Assembly (NCBI GenBank): GCA_973895155.1
Contig: OZ316891.1
Coordinates: forward strand, 21,030,169 to 21,094,168
Length of the DNA: 64,000 bases
Reading direction: 5' to 3'
Source: Marsupella aquatica
Lineage: Eukaryota; Plantae; Marchantiophyta
Positions 12,001 through 24,400 of this stretch are shown here, in pieces. The stretch's first letter is position 1. Each line of letters opens with the position of its first letter. The notes under the pieces were generated by a model. It saw only the letters and a list, made by a program, of their open reading frames with translations, did no database searches and had not been told where the DNA came from. A program made the translations under genes and the position numbers.

Positions 12001-15000
12001 TACCCCTATGGGGAAAATCATTAAAGAAACCCTTTTCTCGTATCCTTGCGGGTTTTATGTAACTCATATTGAATGCCTGCATAACAATGCCAACACAAGC
12101 GAATTGCATGCGCTTTGGCATGCACGCCTCGGCCACCCCGGCCAATCAATGCTAACCAAAATCATTAAGAATTCAAGAGGCATTCCAATCAACACACGCC
12201 ACATTCCAGCGAGCACCCCATGCACTGCATGCTCACGCAGCAAATTAATAACAAGGCCCACGGCATCAAAATTGCCAACTAAAATACCCCAATTCTTGGA
12301 AATCATCCATGCAGATGTTTGTGGGCCAATTAACCCTCCGAGCGGACCTTTTTGCTACTTTATGGTATTAATCGACGCATCAACTAAATGGTCAAATGTG
12401 ACCCTACTTTCAACGAGGAACATGGTTATACCTCGCATCTTGGCGCAAATCTTGCGCGTGAAAGCACAATTCCCAGATCACCCCATTAAGACACTAAGGG
12501 TGGACAATGCAGGGGAATTCACATCCGAAACATTTGACAACTTTTGCACATCACTTGGCATCGATGTACAATATCCTGTACCCCACGTGCATTTCCAGAA
12601 TGGATTAGCTGAAGCTGTCATTAAATGCCTTCAGCTCATTGCACGCCTACTACTAATGCAGTCGAAACTCCCCGTCTCAGCATGGGGACATGCCATATTA
12701 CAGGCTTATGCATTAATCCAATACCGCCCATCGGCTTTTAATACCTATAGCCCATACCAAATTGCTAATGGTATCAAACCTGACCTATCACATCTTCGTT
12801 CATTTGGATGTCAAGTAATGGTCCCCATTACTCTACCCAAACGAACCAAGATGGGACCCCAACGACAATTGGGGATATACATCGGATTCGACTCTCCGTC
12901 CATAATCTGATATATGGAGCCAACAACTGGCAACGTTTTTAAATCCAGATTCCTAGATTGCCATTTCGATGAACATGTTTATCCATCATTAATAACCCCT
13001 AAACACTCACAACCACCTTTGAAGTGGGAAAGACATTCGCCATTTTGGCAAGACCTTAGAACCAATCAAGGGGAGAAAGAAGTTCAGCGAATTTTGCAAC
13101 TCCACAAGATTGTGGAAGAACTTCCAGACGCTTTTGTCGATACATCACAAGTTACCCGCTCACATATTCCAACTGCGAGAGCATCTGCTCGCATCGAATT
13201 ATCAAGTGAGCTAGCAAATACATCCCAGCCTCGTGCCAAACGTGGCAGACCCTTGGGATCAAAGGATAAACAACCAAGAAGGCGTGGTTCATCTATACCA
13301 CCTTCACCTAATGTCGATCATAACGAATCCACAACTCATGAGGAGATTTCTATCCACTACGCACACACCGGTGAGATGTGGGATAGAAATACTACTTCAA
13401 TAGATGATACTTTTGCATTAATGGTGGCAACACATATCACAGACGAAACACCCAAACCAATATCCATCTTAGAATGCCAAAACAGACCAGATTGGCCTGA
13501 ATGGCAAAAAGCTATAAACGAAGAATTAGATTCCCTACTAAGCAGACACACTTTTGGCCCAGTTGAGCCAACACCCCAAGACGTACATCTCATTGGCTAC
13601 AAGTGGATATTCGTCCGAAAAAGAAATGATAAAGGCCAAGTTGTACGCTACAAAGCACGTCTGGTAGGGAAAGGATTTACCCAACAACCGGGAATTCATT
13701 ACGATGAAACTTACTCACCGGTTATGGATAGCACAACATTTCGATACCTTATCGGATTTGCCATTTTCCATAAACTACAAATGCGACAACTGGATGTTGC
13801 AACCGCATATCTATATGGAACTTTAGACACTTGTCTATACATGCGATCACCTCCCGAGTTGGAGCAACGTCGCCGAGCTCTAGCTCAAGGCGCTAAATCG
13901 CATATCCCATATTTACATAAGATTATAACACAATTATCTCAAGTTACACCTCATGTGTCATCTACACATGTAACTCATAACAACGACACCGCTGTGTCAA
14001 CCGTACAAAATACTCGCCGCGGACTAGCTATCCGCGTGTTGAAGGCATTATATGGCCTGAAACAAAGTGGCAGAGTATGGTATCAAAGATTTACTGATGA
14101 AATGATTACCATGGGTTTTTCCCATGATGCCATTACACCATGTTTATTTATTAAACATGTGGATGACGAATATGTCATCGTTTCTATTTATGTTGATGAC
14201 TCAAATATATTTGGGACACCCCAAATTACAGAAGATACTATTACTCGTCTTAAATCAACATTTGAGATGAAGGACCTTGGACATACAAACTTTTGTCTAG
14301 GATTACAACTGGAGATCTTGCCTACTAACATGATGCTCCATCAAACAACTCAAACTGAAAAGATCCTAAAACAGTTCAATATGAACCTAGCACACCCATT
14401 GACGTCACCAATGGTAGTACGTTCATTAGAAAACAATACCGATATTTTTTGCAAGCGCGAAGAATATGAACCACTATTAGGACCAGAAACCCCATATCTT
14501 TCTGCGATAGGAGCACTAATGTATTTAGCAAATCAGACCCGACCAGACATTGCATTTGCAGTTAACTTACTAGCTAGACATAGTGCAACTCCCACAGCCA
14601 CACACTGGAACGGAGTTAAGCACGTATTTAGGTATCTGCGTGGCACCACCGATACCGGGTTATTTTACCCATTAGGTGCAAACCACGAACTCATAGGATA
14701 TGCGGATGCCAGATATCTCTCCGACATTGATACCACAAAATCCCAAACTGGATATGTTTTTACCATAGGGGGTACCGCTTTTTCTTGGAAAAGCGTGAAA
14801 TAGACCCTAATAGCAACCTCATCGAATCACTCAGAAATCTTAGCTCTACATGAAGCTAGTCGTGAAGCCGTTTGGTTACGATCCTTTATAAATCACATCA
14901 ACACCAAATGCGGCCTACCACCACTAACAAAGCCTACTAACATTTTGAGGATAACGCAGCATGTATACAGCAGATCACGAAAGGATTCATCAAAGGCGAT

Positions 15001-15647
15001 CGCGTGAAGCATATAGCTCCAAAGTTTTTCTACACACACGAGTTACACGGAAAAGAGATCAATATTTTGCAGATTTCAAGTGCAGACAACTGTGCGGATC
15101 TCTTCACCAAATCACTATCGCCATCAGTTCACCACCGACACTGCCAGGCGATTGGACTGCGGAGCGTGCGACACATGATGACCGTGGAGGCTGCTGCTCC
15201 ACATGATGCTTGATGATGCTGACGACATGCTGCTGATGACATGATGTTGACGACCTACTGTTGAGACAGATGTTAAAACTAGATTTACTATAGCATTTGA
15301 CTTTATTTAATATTGACATTTATTACAACGAGGACTGTTAGGCTGCACTCTTTTTTCTTTAGCACTCATATTTTTTCTCTGCTACACTGGTAGAGTTTTT
15401 ACTAAGCTAGAGTTGATAAAGGTTTTTAACGAGGCAGTCTACCTCGCTTGTACTTATATCATGTATTTCCTATGAACATGATATAATAGGTATAGTCCAT
15501 GTTGTCTATATAGTTGTCACTATATATCCAAAGGGGAGTGTTAGACTCTACCTATGACCGGACGATCGGACCAGCCGGTCACCCGACCCCACTATATGTA
15601 CACACATTCCTGACTATACAGTTATCTATTGCATTCATTCCATGACA
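9077..15647 (+). mobile_element. Nested Ty1/copia LTR retrotransposon, Bianca-like (inner, younger element)
   Basis: 109-bp LTRs tgttagactc...catgaca at 9077-9185 and 15539-15647 (2 substitutions). Perfect TSD aatac (9072-9076 and 15648-15652). PBS cgttatcagcacg at 9186-9198. PPT aaaggggag before 15539. Confidence 0.97.
10553..15213 (+). pseudogene. Disrupted gag-pol of the inner copia element
   Basis: gag MTKLEKLTFPALDIDGSNYLEW; Zn knuckle CHECGMSNHLARNC; integrase DVCGPINPPSGPFCYFMVLIDAST...RVDNAGEF...RTKMGPQRQLGIYIGF; RT LYGLKQSG and YVDD; RNase H ADLFTK. Several stops (for example 12908-12910 and 14801-14803) and frameshifts. Confidence 0.95.
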
Positions 15648-15851
15648 AATACTTAACTCTAGATAACCATAAACTATTGTACTCTTATTTGTAAAGGTGC
15701 TTGTACTCTTTCTCTCGCAGGAGTATGAGAGGGTTTTAATGAGGCAACACCTACATAAGACCAAAGTACAAAATAGGAAACTTTTATTGGAGGACTTAAC
15801 TAATATAGAGTTGCTTGCATTACTCCCATAATACAATCAAGGGGGAGTCAG

Positions 15852-15987
15852 TGTTAGAATATGGCAGTTAAGTCACCGGGGTTACTTACCTAACCCCAGT
15901 TAGGATCCGATGTAACCCCTCTTATCACATACATAAACGTCACCCGAGGGAGAAGAGAACATTCAGTTGGAGAGTTCTACTTGAACA
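15852..15987 (+). repeat. 3' LTR of outer copia element
   Basis: Matches 2172-2307 and is preceded by the PPT. Confidence 0.95.
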
Positions 15988-16421
15988 CAAATGTTGTTTT
16001 CCCTATCAACCTCAGCCAGAACGTCGTTATTGAACATTATGCTGTGTCTGCAATGCCATTCCATTGTCGTGCGTATTACAGAGCGACAAAATTGTTACCT
16101 CATCACTTGCATGGTAAATTTATGATGTTTCAGATATCATTTGCTCCTGCTACGTCATTTAGGACAAAGTGTAGTAAGAATTGACAGGTGCAAATCAACT
16201 TATGGTTTGAAGGACAACACAAGAGTTAAGTCTGTCTTCCTTCCAAAGTTTCACAATAGGCGTCTCAGAGTGGACAGTAAGGAAAAGTTGTGGGACACCA
16301 GTTGTGCCCATCAAACACCTTATAACCAGACTTTATGGACCATTCCTTGCAGGGGGATATGCATTGACCCACGCCATAAGGGATGACTTGTGGGTACTCC
16401 TGCTCAGGCTTAGTTCTTTTG

Positions 16422-16930
16422 TGTTGGGTATTTACTCTTACGTCTAGGTTAGGTATGACGTGGTTGGTACAACGACGTGGGTTGGTACAACAACATGGTT
16501 AGGTACAACAATGTGGTTAGGTACAACTACGTGATTAGGTACAACAATGTGGTTAGGTACAACTACGTGATTAGGTACAACAATGTGGTTAGGTACAACT
16601 ACGTGATTAGGTACAACAATGTGGTTAGGTTAACTAAGTTGCACACTATATCATAAGAGGCACGTGTGCTTGGAGATGTAGAACCAAGGCTCATTGTTAT
16701 GGAGTCACTTGAGAGATAGGGAGAGCTTACACTGTGGAGACTCGGTATAGCCGACGGGCTTAGAGTTCAGTAAAGCTCTCTTGTGTGTTCCCGTGGACGT
16801 AGCCTCAAGGAGGTGAACCACGTATCTCTTGTGTCGACTACTTGCATGTTGGATATGTCATGTGCTTACCGTTGCGATTATCGTCTATACTCAATATTTT
16901 GGCCCTTCCCTCTCGGAGAAGCCCAAGTCT
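16422..16930 (+). mobile_element. Probable solo or truncated copia-type LTR with an internal tandem array
   Basis: Begins tgttgggta, has a TATA-like ctatatcataa, and contains cccgtggacgtagcc...gaaccacgta (~16790-16825), a motif common in plant copia LTRs. 3' end and TSD not resolved. Confidence 0.45.
16460..16630. repeat. 18-bp tandem array (~9 units) with 36-bp higher-order structure
   Basis: Units ggttaggtacaactacgt and gattaggtacaacaatgt alternate. Confidence 0.9.
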
Positions 16931-17896
16931 ATTATTTACCTTGACAAACGGTCACGATAACATTCTAATAATACACAGTGATTGACATGTTGTTTCTGTC
17001 ACTGGATGATGCGATGTTGCAATGACGCAAATTAAAAGTCTCAGAGTTAAAGTCATGGGTTTTGGTCAGCGATTGCGACACTTTCTTACGGAAGCCGATT
17101 TTGGTCTCCTACAACTTTAATGGTTGTTCCCGTAACTTAGTCCTTATGGTCAACTTGTAACTCAGTACGGCTGTGCTTTGAGACGCCCTAATGTACTTTG
17201 TCTCAGAAGTCGTAAATGACAGTGCGTGTGTCATTGCGTGGAAGACGAGTCTGGGAACTTAAATCCCAAAGAAAAGACCTGCATATGGCTTGAATGAGAT
17301 CTGGTTCGACTGTTCAGACATTGGCTAACATGTTTCAAGGTGTTTGTGCCAAGTTGCTTAGTAGTGAATCAAATGGGGATGTATCTGCCACAGATACTCA
17401 ACCCACTCCGTGTTGGGCCGATACCCACAACGACGGGATCTAGTGGTGCTGTTGATGTAGCCCGCTGGGTTCCCTGTTCTGGACAGGAATCCATCATTTG
17501 CGTCATTCTTGGAGGGAAAGACAAGGGTGAAAAGATGATGCAGTGTTGCCTTCATTTTCCCTGAGTAAAAGGGAGGGGGCAAAACAGGCCGTTTTGTGAA
17601 GGGCTTTTGAGGCAAAAATGTCTCGAACAGGCACCTTTCAGGCCTGCGATCGGAGGGCTTCGACAGGGGAAGGGGGAGAGGGGAGGGGGAGAGCCACAGT
17701 TTAACCCAAACCAGTGGCAACTTGCCATGTGGTGCTGGTGACTATGGGTTGAGTTAACCCTAACCCATATATGAAATGGGGCAGATTGACAAATTATTTA
17801 GTTTGGTGGACAGGTTATCAAATTTGGGTAGCTTGGGGGACATGATAGTGACACTTATAATTTGTTTTTTATCCAGCAAAGTTTACACACACAATC

Positions 17897-17972
17897 CCTC
17901 TAGTGACACTCAGAATTTTGGGGATGCCTCTAGTGACACTCAGAATTTTGGGGATGCCTCTAGTGACACTCA
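17897..17972. repeat. 30-bp tandem repeat, 2.5 copies
   Basis: cctctagtgacactcagaattttggggatg repeated. Confidence 0.9.
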
Positions 17973-18225
17973 TAATATTTTTTGATTCCTGCATTAAACC
18001 GGCTGCAGCAGTTTCCTGGTCAACATTTGCTAAAATCCAAAAGAGCTCCATAACACCATTAAATGCTGAACAGGTCACTGTAGAAGCGAGTCAATGTAGG
18101 AGTGATAAGGGCCGACTTTTTCAGGATCTTCTACTGGCAAGACGGCCCTTAATTACACTACTAGACCATCTGGATCGCTCAGTCTTTGATCTCCATCTAC
18201 TTCAACTTGTTCAGCTCCCAGCCAA

Positions 18226-18502
18226 ACTTTGATCCTGGAATACCTCGACTTTGATCCTGGAATACCTCGACCGGATAAGCTTTGTCGATACGCTTCCAAG
18301 AAGCTTGTTTGATAAGCCAAACCCAACAAGTTGTCCTGTACTCACCTCAGCATTCGAATGCTGATACAAGCTTCTTTCATAAGCTAAGCCCAACTAGTTG
18401 TCCTGTACTCACCTCAAGATCCGAATGCTGATACAATCTTGTTTTATAAGCTAAACCCAACTAGTTGTCCTGTACTCAGCTCAAGATTCGAAGGCTGATA
18501 CA
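18226..18502. repeat. 22-bp duplication followed by 3 x 67-bp tandem repeat upstream of the PhnB-like gene
   Basis: actttgatcctggaatacctcg occurs twice (18226-18271); agttgtcctgtactca recurs at 18329, 18396 and 18463. Confidence 0.9.
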
Positions 18503-18571
18503 TAATTACTCTTATGTCTCAAAGCTCCTCAGTCTCTTGCTCTGGATTAGCAGCTAAAAAAATCTCGCAGA

Positions 18572-19066
18572 ATGCCATCACCACGAATATCACCGTGTCT
18601 GTGGTTCGACGGAGTGGCAGAAGAAGCAGTCGAGTTCTACATTTCTTTCTTCAAAGACGGGAAGATCACCAACTCCCAGAGATATGGCGAGGCAGGGAGA
18701 GCCGTCCACGGCAAGGAGCCGGGCACTGTCAAGACCATCGCCTTCGAGCTGAACGGCCAATCGTTCACGGCCATCAATGGCGGACCGCATTTCAAGTTCA
18801 CCGAGGCCATCTCGTTTCAGATTGAGTGCGCTGACCAGGCCGAGGTCGACCATTACTGGGAGAAGCTCTGCGAGGGCGCAGATCCTAAGAGGCAGCGCTG
18901 TGGCTGGGTGGCGGATAAATTCGGGGTTTGCTGGCAGGTCGTTCCCACTGCTCTCAAGGACCTGCTCGCAGATCCCGACCCCGTGAAGGTGCAGCGCACC
19001 TTTCAGGCGATGATGACAATGACGAAGCTGGACATCGCTGCTCTCCAGTGTGCTCACGACGGTTAA
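18572..19066 (+). CDS. VOC/glyoxalase-superfamily PhnB-like protein (3-demethylubiquinone-9 3-methyltransferase family), 164 aa
   Basis: Motifs RISPCLWFDGVAEEAVEFY, FELNGQSFTAINGGPHFKFTEAISFQIEC, QAEVDHYWEKL, CGWVADKFGVCWQVVP and AMMTMTKLDIAAL. Intact, intronless, strongly G/C-ending codons. Confidence 0.93.
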   Translation: MPSPRISPCLWFDGVAEEAVEFYISFFKDGKITNSQRYGEAGRAVHGKEPGTVKTIAFELNGQSFTAINGGPHFKFTEAISFQIECADQAEVDHYWEKLCEGADPKRQRCGWVADKFGVCWQVVPTALKDLLADPDPVKVQRTFQAMMTMTKLDIAALQCAHDG

Positions 19067-19222
19067 AACCCTACACCCCGATGCCTCACCTCACAACAAC
19101 TTTGTAGTTACCTCTCGTCCACGTTTTCTCTCGCATTGCTGCGTGCCTCCCTAGTGTATATATGTCAAGCGTCATCTGTAGTGCCTCGACATTTTGCTGA
19201 GCTTCCTCTTGCCGACCAAGTA

Positions 19223-19362
19223 GACTACCAGTAGATGAATAGGAATTGAGTTTGTCATATCTTTAGCAGAACCGATGGACTGCCAGTGAAGATGAGCAGG
19301 AATTGAGTTCGTCGTATGATGAGCGACTACCAGTAATGAAACAGGAATTGAGGTAGTCATAT
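19223..19362. repeat. Three diverged ~38-bp direct repeats
   Basis: gactRccagt..atga..aggaattgag..gtcRtat at about 19223, 19278 and 19325. Confidence 0.7.
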
Positions 19363-19761
19363 GATTTGCATTACGTGCTTTGGCGGCTGGTGGCCAGTGT
19401 ACAGGGCTGTCGGATGTATCAAATCATATCGATCTTCTGGGAACCTTTTTTGTGGGTCTTCCTCAGTTTAATCTCTGAAGGGAGAATAAATTTTAGAGTA
19501 TTTCCATTCTCTAACTGGCTTGGTCCTGGGATTACCGAGATAGATCCAGTTTATGGTAATAGCGGTGTTTATGCAACGGTGGACTGATTTTGGCCGGATA
19601 TAATATTGCAGTCCCGTGTCAGGACAGATACTTATCTAACGCTTGGAAGATAGGGTGAGTGTCTGGAGTTCCAGAGTCACTTCAACGAGGTGTGAATTTG
19701 TTGGAGCAGGGCAAGAAGGTCGTTACCCTTGAAGTGCTACAGGTAGTTGTGCAAATCACTC

Positions 19762-20448
19762 ATGTTTGAAGAAGGTGATCAGGGACGGCAACGGGACGGG
19801 GATGTTGTCCTGCAGTACTACATTGCAGTGGACCGTGCCCAGTTCAAGATGGGAACGTTGGTGGAGCTGCTCGCTGTTCTAGGGACGCGAGATGGACTGC
19901 CCGTGGTCATATGCTGCAGTTCACGCGATAGTTTGGATGCAGTGTGTGCTACTGTGACTGCATCTGGTCAATTCTTTGTCAGCATTCTGCATAGTGATCT
20001 TGAAGAAAGTGAACGTGCATCATCGCTTGAGACCTTTAGGTTGGCAATGTCAGAGTGGAACTATTTTAACGTTGAGCGCTCTTCTGTGGAAAAGCCAGAA
20101 GCAGACTTAAGACCAGGGAAGTCTCAAGTTCTCGTGATGACTGATGCTTGTTTGCCTTCACATGCGTTGGGTGAAACTCCGCTGCTTGCTCGGATTATGA
20201 TCAATTTTGACATTCCATCTAAGAAGGAGTCATACTCTAGGCGTATGGCTGCATGCTTAGGGTCTCCTCTAGCTGTTCCTTCAACTGCCACTGTCAACAA
20301 CTCCGGAGGTGGATCTAGTGGAATCATTGGAGGAAAACTGGTCATCAATATGGTGGTCGGTGGTGAGGTTAGTGCCCTTAGAAGCTTAGAGGAGAGCAGT
20401 GGCATCGTGATCGATGAAATGCCCATAAACATCTCCGAGCTGGTTTGA
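19762..20448 (+). CDS. Plant stand-alone DEAD-box helicase C-terminal-like (eIF4A/FAL1-like) protein, intronless
   Basis: YYIAVDRAQFKMGTLVELL, PVVICCSSRDSLDAVC, LHSDLEESERASSLETFR, INFDIPSKKESYSRRMAAC, VINMVVGGEVSALRSLEESSGIVIDEMPINISEL. First ATG is at 19762. Confidence 0.85.
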   Translation: MFEEGDQGRQRDGDVVLQYYIAVDRAQFKMGTLVELLAVLGTRDGLPVVICCSSRDSLDAVCATVTASGQFFVSILHSDLEESERASSLETFRLAMSEWNYFNVERSSVEKPEADLRPGKSQVLVMTDACLPSHALGETPLLARIMINFDIPSKKESYSRRMAACLGSPLAVPSTATVNNSGGGSSGIIGGKLVINMVVGGEVSALRSLEESSGIVIDEMPINISELV

Positions 20449-21115
20449 CGAAAAGTTAATAAAATCTCCGAGCGGGTTTGATGGAAGTCACCACTTTGCC
20501 TTTTCCAAAAGACACTCAAACTCAAGCTCAAGTAGGAAAGAGAAAGCTGCACAAACAATTCTGAGCCTTGGTTGCATTGAAGAGCTGGCGTAATGGTCGT
20601 CACTGGTAGATTGCAATCCAATGTGAATGGTTGTAATTGTTACTTGCAATACTTTGCAATACTTGCTTAACGGTTGGAGTGTATTTACATGTGAATTGCT
20701 GTTTGTAGTTCCGATCGGAAAAATTCCTTTGGGAACTGTAAACACTAAACTGACTCAATGGTTACAGAATTTCTACAATTCAGGCAGAACCAACTTTGGG
20801 TGACTAAATGATTAACAAGAGGTTTTGTATAGTGCCAAAATGGGTTGAACCCTACATGCAACTTATACGTAACTTGTCCACTTTCTCAGCCTCCAGGGGT
20901 GATACGTGTTAAGTCCAGATGGGAAAGTTCTCTGTTAGCTTTTAGGTCTGAGCTGTGGAAGAGTGATGTCCACCTTGCAAAGGCAGTAGCAATCAACATT
21001 TCAAGTCAGTGGTTGATGAAAGCTCGACGAGGTCTCTCCAATGCAATAGACTCAACAATCGATGCCGCCGTGGAATTCCTATGTATTCGAATGTCTGCAC
21101 TTCGTGACCACCTCC

Positions 21116-21430
21116 TCAGCGTGGGACGGTGGGTTTTTGGCTATTCTCGGAGTCTCCAACTACGGGCAGCTGCGAAGCCACATTGGTCGTCGTCTCCGCA
21201 GTTGTAGTGGAGCTCTGGAAAGACATCCGACCAGAGGCGGCACTGGGCGATGGGTCCCCTTCCACGATCACCACACACTTGGTCGTGGGTGTTTTCGAAT
21301 TCGCCGATGGCACAGTCCATTCATCGTCGTTCGCAGCTACCTCATCTGCAACCTCTGCCTTCTTCTGTTCCTCGCGGAATTTCGCCCTCTGCATGAACTT
21401 CAAATGCCCCAGCCGCTCTCGTTGCGCCAT
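21116..21430 (-). CDS. MPP6: M-phase phosphoprotein 6 (nuclear exosome cofactor)-like protein, intronless, possibly truncated at the C-terminus
   Basis: MAQRERLGHLKFMQRA...KCVVIVEGDPSPSAASGRMSFQS resembles the plant MPP6 LKFMQR and EGDP..GRMSF motifs. ATG at 21430; 104 aa. Confidence 0.75.
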   Translation of the reverse strand: MAQRERLGHLKFMQRAKFREEQKKAEVADEVAANDDEWTVPSANSKTPTTKCVVIVEGDPSPSAASGRMSFQSSTTTAETTTNVASQLPVVGDSENSQKPTVPR

Positions 21431-24400
21431 GGCTTGATCGCAAGATATACAGAAGAAGCAGGCAGCTTCTTCTCTCGAGCTGGTGAAATTGCTTGCCAGC
21501 ACCTGTCAATTCAGCAAGCTTCTTGTCTCCCGATGGTGAAATGCTGCAATTGTCTGCACCTACCAAATTCTGCCGTTTCTTCTCTCAAGGTGCACTCAGA
21601 TTCTTGGTCAGGTTTAAATTTGCCCTAAACTTTGGTCATCAACCTGCTTCCTCAGGTTTAACCAATAGTAAAACAAAGGTGCTTAGAGCATTATGGACAA
21701 TAAAAGCCCCTTAAAACTGGGCCTAAAACTTGAGCTTAGCTCCCATTGAGGGGGCATGATGGCACACAATGCCCTCTAGACATGGCTTTAAAGACTGAAA
21801 ACTCTTCCTAATGTCTTTCTCTAAGTATTGGGCTGAGAGTCAATCCCATTTGTAAGTTTTGCAATGTTGCGTGATGTAGATTTGGAACAAGGTTGCTCTT
21901 ACTTTGGTTTGTATGTAGTTGCAAACATTATGGAGGATTTCCACTCTGTTAATTAATAAGGGAACCCTGCTTCTGTCCACTCAGCCTTTCTTTTAGCACC
22001 AATCAAGAGTTACTACATTGCCATTATTTGGTCTCAAAATACATCTTTTCCACTTTTTTTTTGTTTAATAGTAGCCCTGCAACCTTTTTTTAATTGCTGG
22101 TTAAGCAAAGTAACTCTGTTAGCTTGAAGTAGTGCGACAGTAAACATCAGGCTAGGTTTCACCATTGGATGGTTGTCAGTGTCCTTCCCGGTGTCCTCTA
22201 CTTAAACACAACACCCTCCCCAACCCTCAACATTGGGTAGGGTTTCCTACTTTGATCTCACCCCAACCCACTCCACCGCCTCCTGGTTGGCTACCTCCCT
22301 GGTTGAGGGTGTTAAGGTTTAAGTTGAGGGATGGTGACTACCGTTTGATGATGAAAACTAGTAGGATGTTGACCGTTCCCAGCTAACCAGAGTTACTTTG
22401 CTTAACCAGCCTTTGGAACAGCTTGCAAGGTAGTAACCAATTTAAAAAGAGAGCCAAAGTATGTCTTGGACACTTCCCCTTTATGTATGCCTGGGCAGTT
22501 GTAATTTAAGGGTCCAACGGTTTAAGTGTCCAAGCTAGAAATCTCCCTTTTTCCACATTTCATACACTTTCCTCTAAGGTATCATTCTGCTCCACTATTT
22601 TGGGAAAAAAAATCCTATTAATAATGACATTTGGATTCTATGGGTAACCCATAGGTCTTGAGGGAGCAGCTGTGGTTAAAAAGAATGTGGCATTGTAATA
22701 AGCACGAGATTCCAGGCAAGGGTAAAATGTACTAGACACCGAAGAATCCCATCATTGAAGTGCAACAATAGGCTACAAAGTGTGTATATATAACACTGCC
22801 AATGAACAAATCCCCAAACAGGGAGACAGGATCCCAAAGGGGAAAGACCCAATTAAGGGGGGGAGGCCTCAGGGGGAAGGGGAAAAGGGAAAGTGTGTTG
22901 GCTGCACCCTTCCATCCCTTTTCATCACCTGATGATGTTGTTTGAGTGCAGAACAGTAACTAAGATTTATCAGGGCTTTCCACATTTAAGGCTTTTAGAA
23001 GTCTTGAGGTTCTTTTATGGTCCTATCTCCTCTCAGTATTTTGCCACCTACCAAAACATGTCTTTGCTACTTTTTCAACAGAAAACAGTCATTTCCCAGA
23101 GCATTTTGTCTCATATAAAGTATTTCAGGCTGCTGTCTCAGCAATTTTAGTTTTGCTCCATTTTCCAAAACAGCCAGCATAATTTTCCAGCCCAATGTTT
23201 TGCAACCTCTCTTTACTATGCTGGGCGCCAAATTTTTCAATTAATTATTATTGGGGCAAACCTTTTTAGTAATAAATTTACCTAAAAAAAAAAGTGGGTA
23301 TTAATTGTTCCCTTACACTATCCAACTTGGAGAAATCCTATATATAAAGTGTGCAAAGGGAAACTAGAGTTGAGGTCCGGGTTTCTAAAGTGAAGACTCT
23401 AGACCATGAGTCTAGGGCACCATAATATATGTGCATAAAAAAAGTATGTTATGATGTGATGGGACCTACATGATTATTATTTTTTTATCATTTAGCACTT
23501 TTATTGGCTTGATTGTTTTTTTTTATCATTTAGCACTTTTAGTTGCATGATCGTTTTTTAAAAATCATTTCACACTTGTTGTACTCTCCTCTGTTCACTT
23601 TCAAAGAACGGGGGGTAGTTTCTAACAACCGACCTCGTAAGGGGGAATTCTGAGTACATGAGAGCATCTCAAATGTTCAGCGTCAAAGGAAGGAAGCTAT
23701 GAAGTCCTCAGTTTGCGCTTTCTGTGAAACACGGTGCCTTTGTCTGCTGACTTGTGTGATATGGGCCACGGCGAGGGTGGGGCCATATATAGAAATATTA
23801 AAAACGTGGGTAGCTAAATTGCTGCAAAGGGCAGCTTGATGATTGGAAATAAAGTACTTGCCCCCCTAGATTCGACTTCCATATCGATCTCGTCATCTCC
23901 GCGTCAGCTCCCTGTCAATCGGTGCATATCTGTTCCCCGAAAGTCAAGATAGATTAGCATGTTAAAAGACTGTTGAAAGACAGAAAAGTGTTCATTCAAC
24001 ACCTTCGTGTAGCTTTATTTAGCTCGTGTGATTTCAGTCCTTCTAATCGGTCGGTCTGTAGGTACTTCATATACGTCTACTTTAGAACTTGCTTTCAGTA
24101 GTTCTAGAATCTCTCTTTTGTGGACTTGCCATCATTGATTTCCTGTCTTTTCGGAGGAAGATATTTATTCCAGCTTCACCGGTTTGCAATCCGCGTTTCT
24201 ACAATTAGTCGGTTCAATGTTCACTTGAGGCAAACCACTTAAACCATGATTTGCATGTGAGTCCGTTTATGGCGTGGCCAAAAGCTTAACATGGTGGGCT
24301 TACGTGGCCAGTGGCCTCGCCCTTGAATCTGGGTTCACTTTGGTGCTCCATGGAGAGCTCGTGTAGCGCAAATCCCAGAGAATCGATCGTTCAGCAGCGG

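Larger units (their letters stand above)
2172..15987 (+). mobile_element. Ty1/copia LTR retrotransposon, Bianca-like (outer, older element, interrupted by a nested element)
   Basis: 136-bp LTRs tgttagaat...gaaca at 2172-2307 and 15852-15987 (7 substitutions). TSD caaac/caaat. PBS cgttatcagcac at 2308. PPT agggggag at 15840-15847. Domain order gag-PR-INT-RT-RH. Confidence 0.95.

Noticed and set aside
18590-19057. 155-aa antisense ORF over the PhnB-like gene
   Set aside because: Shadow ORF caused by the high GC3 of the real plus-strand gene.
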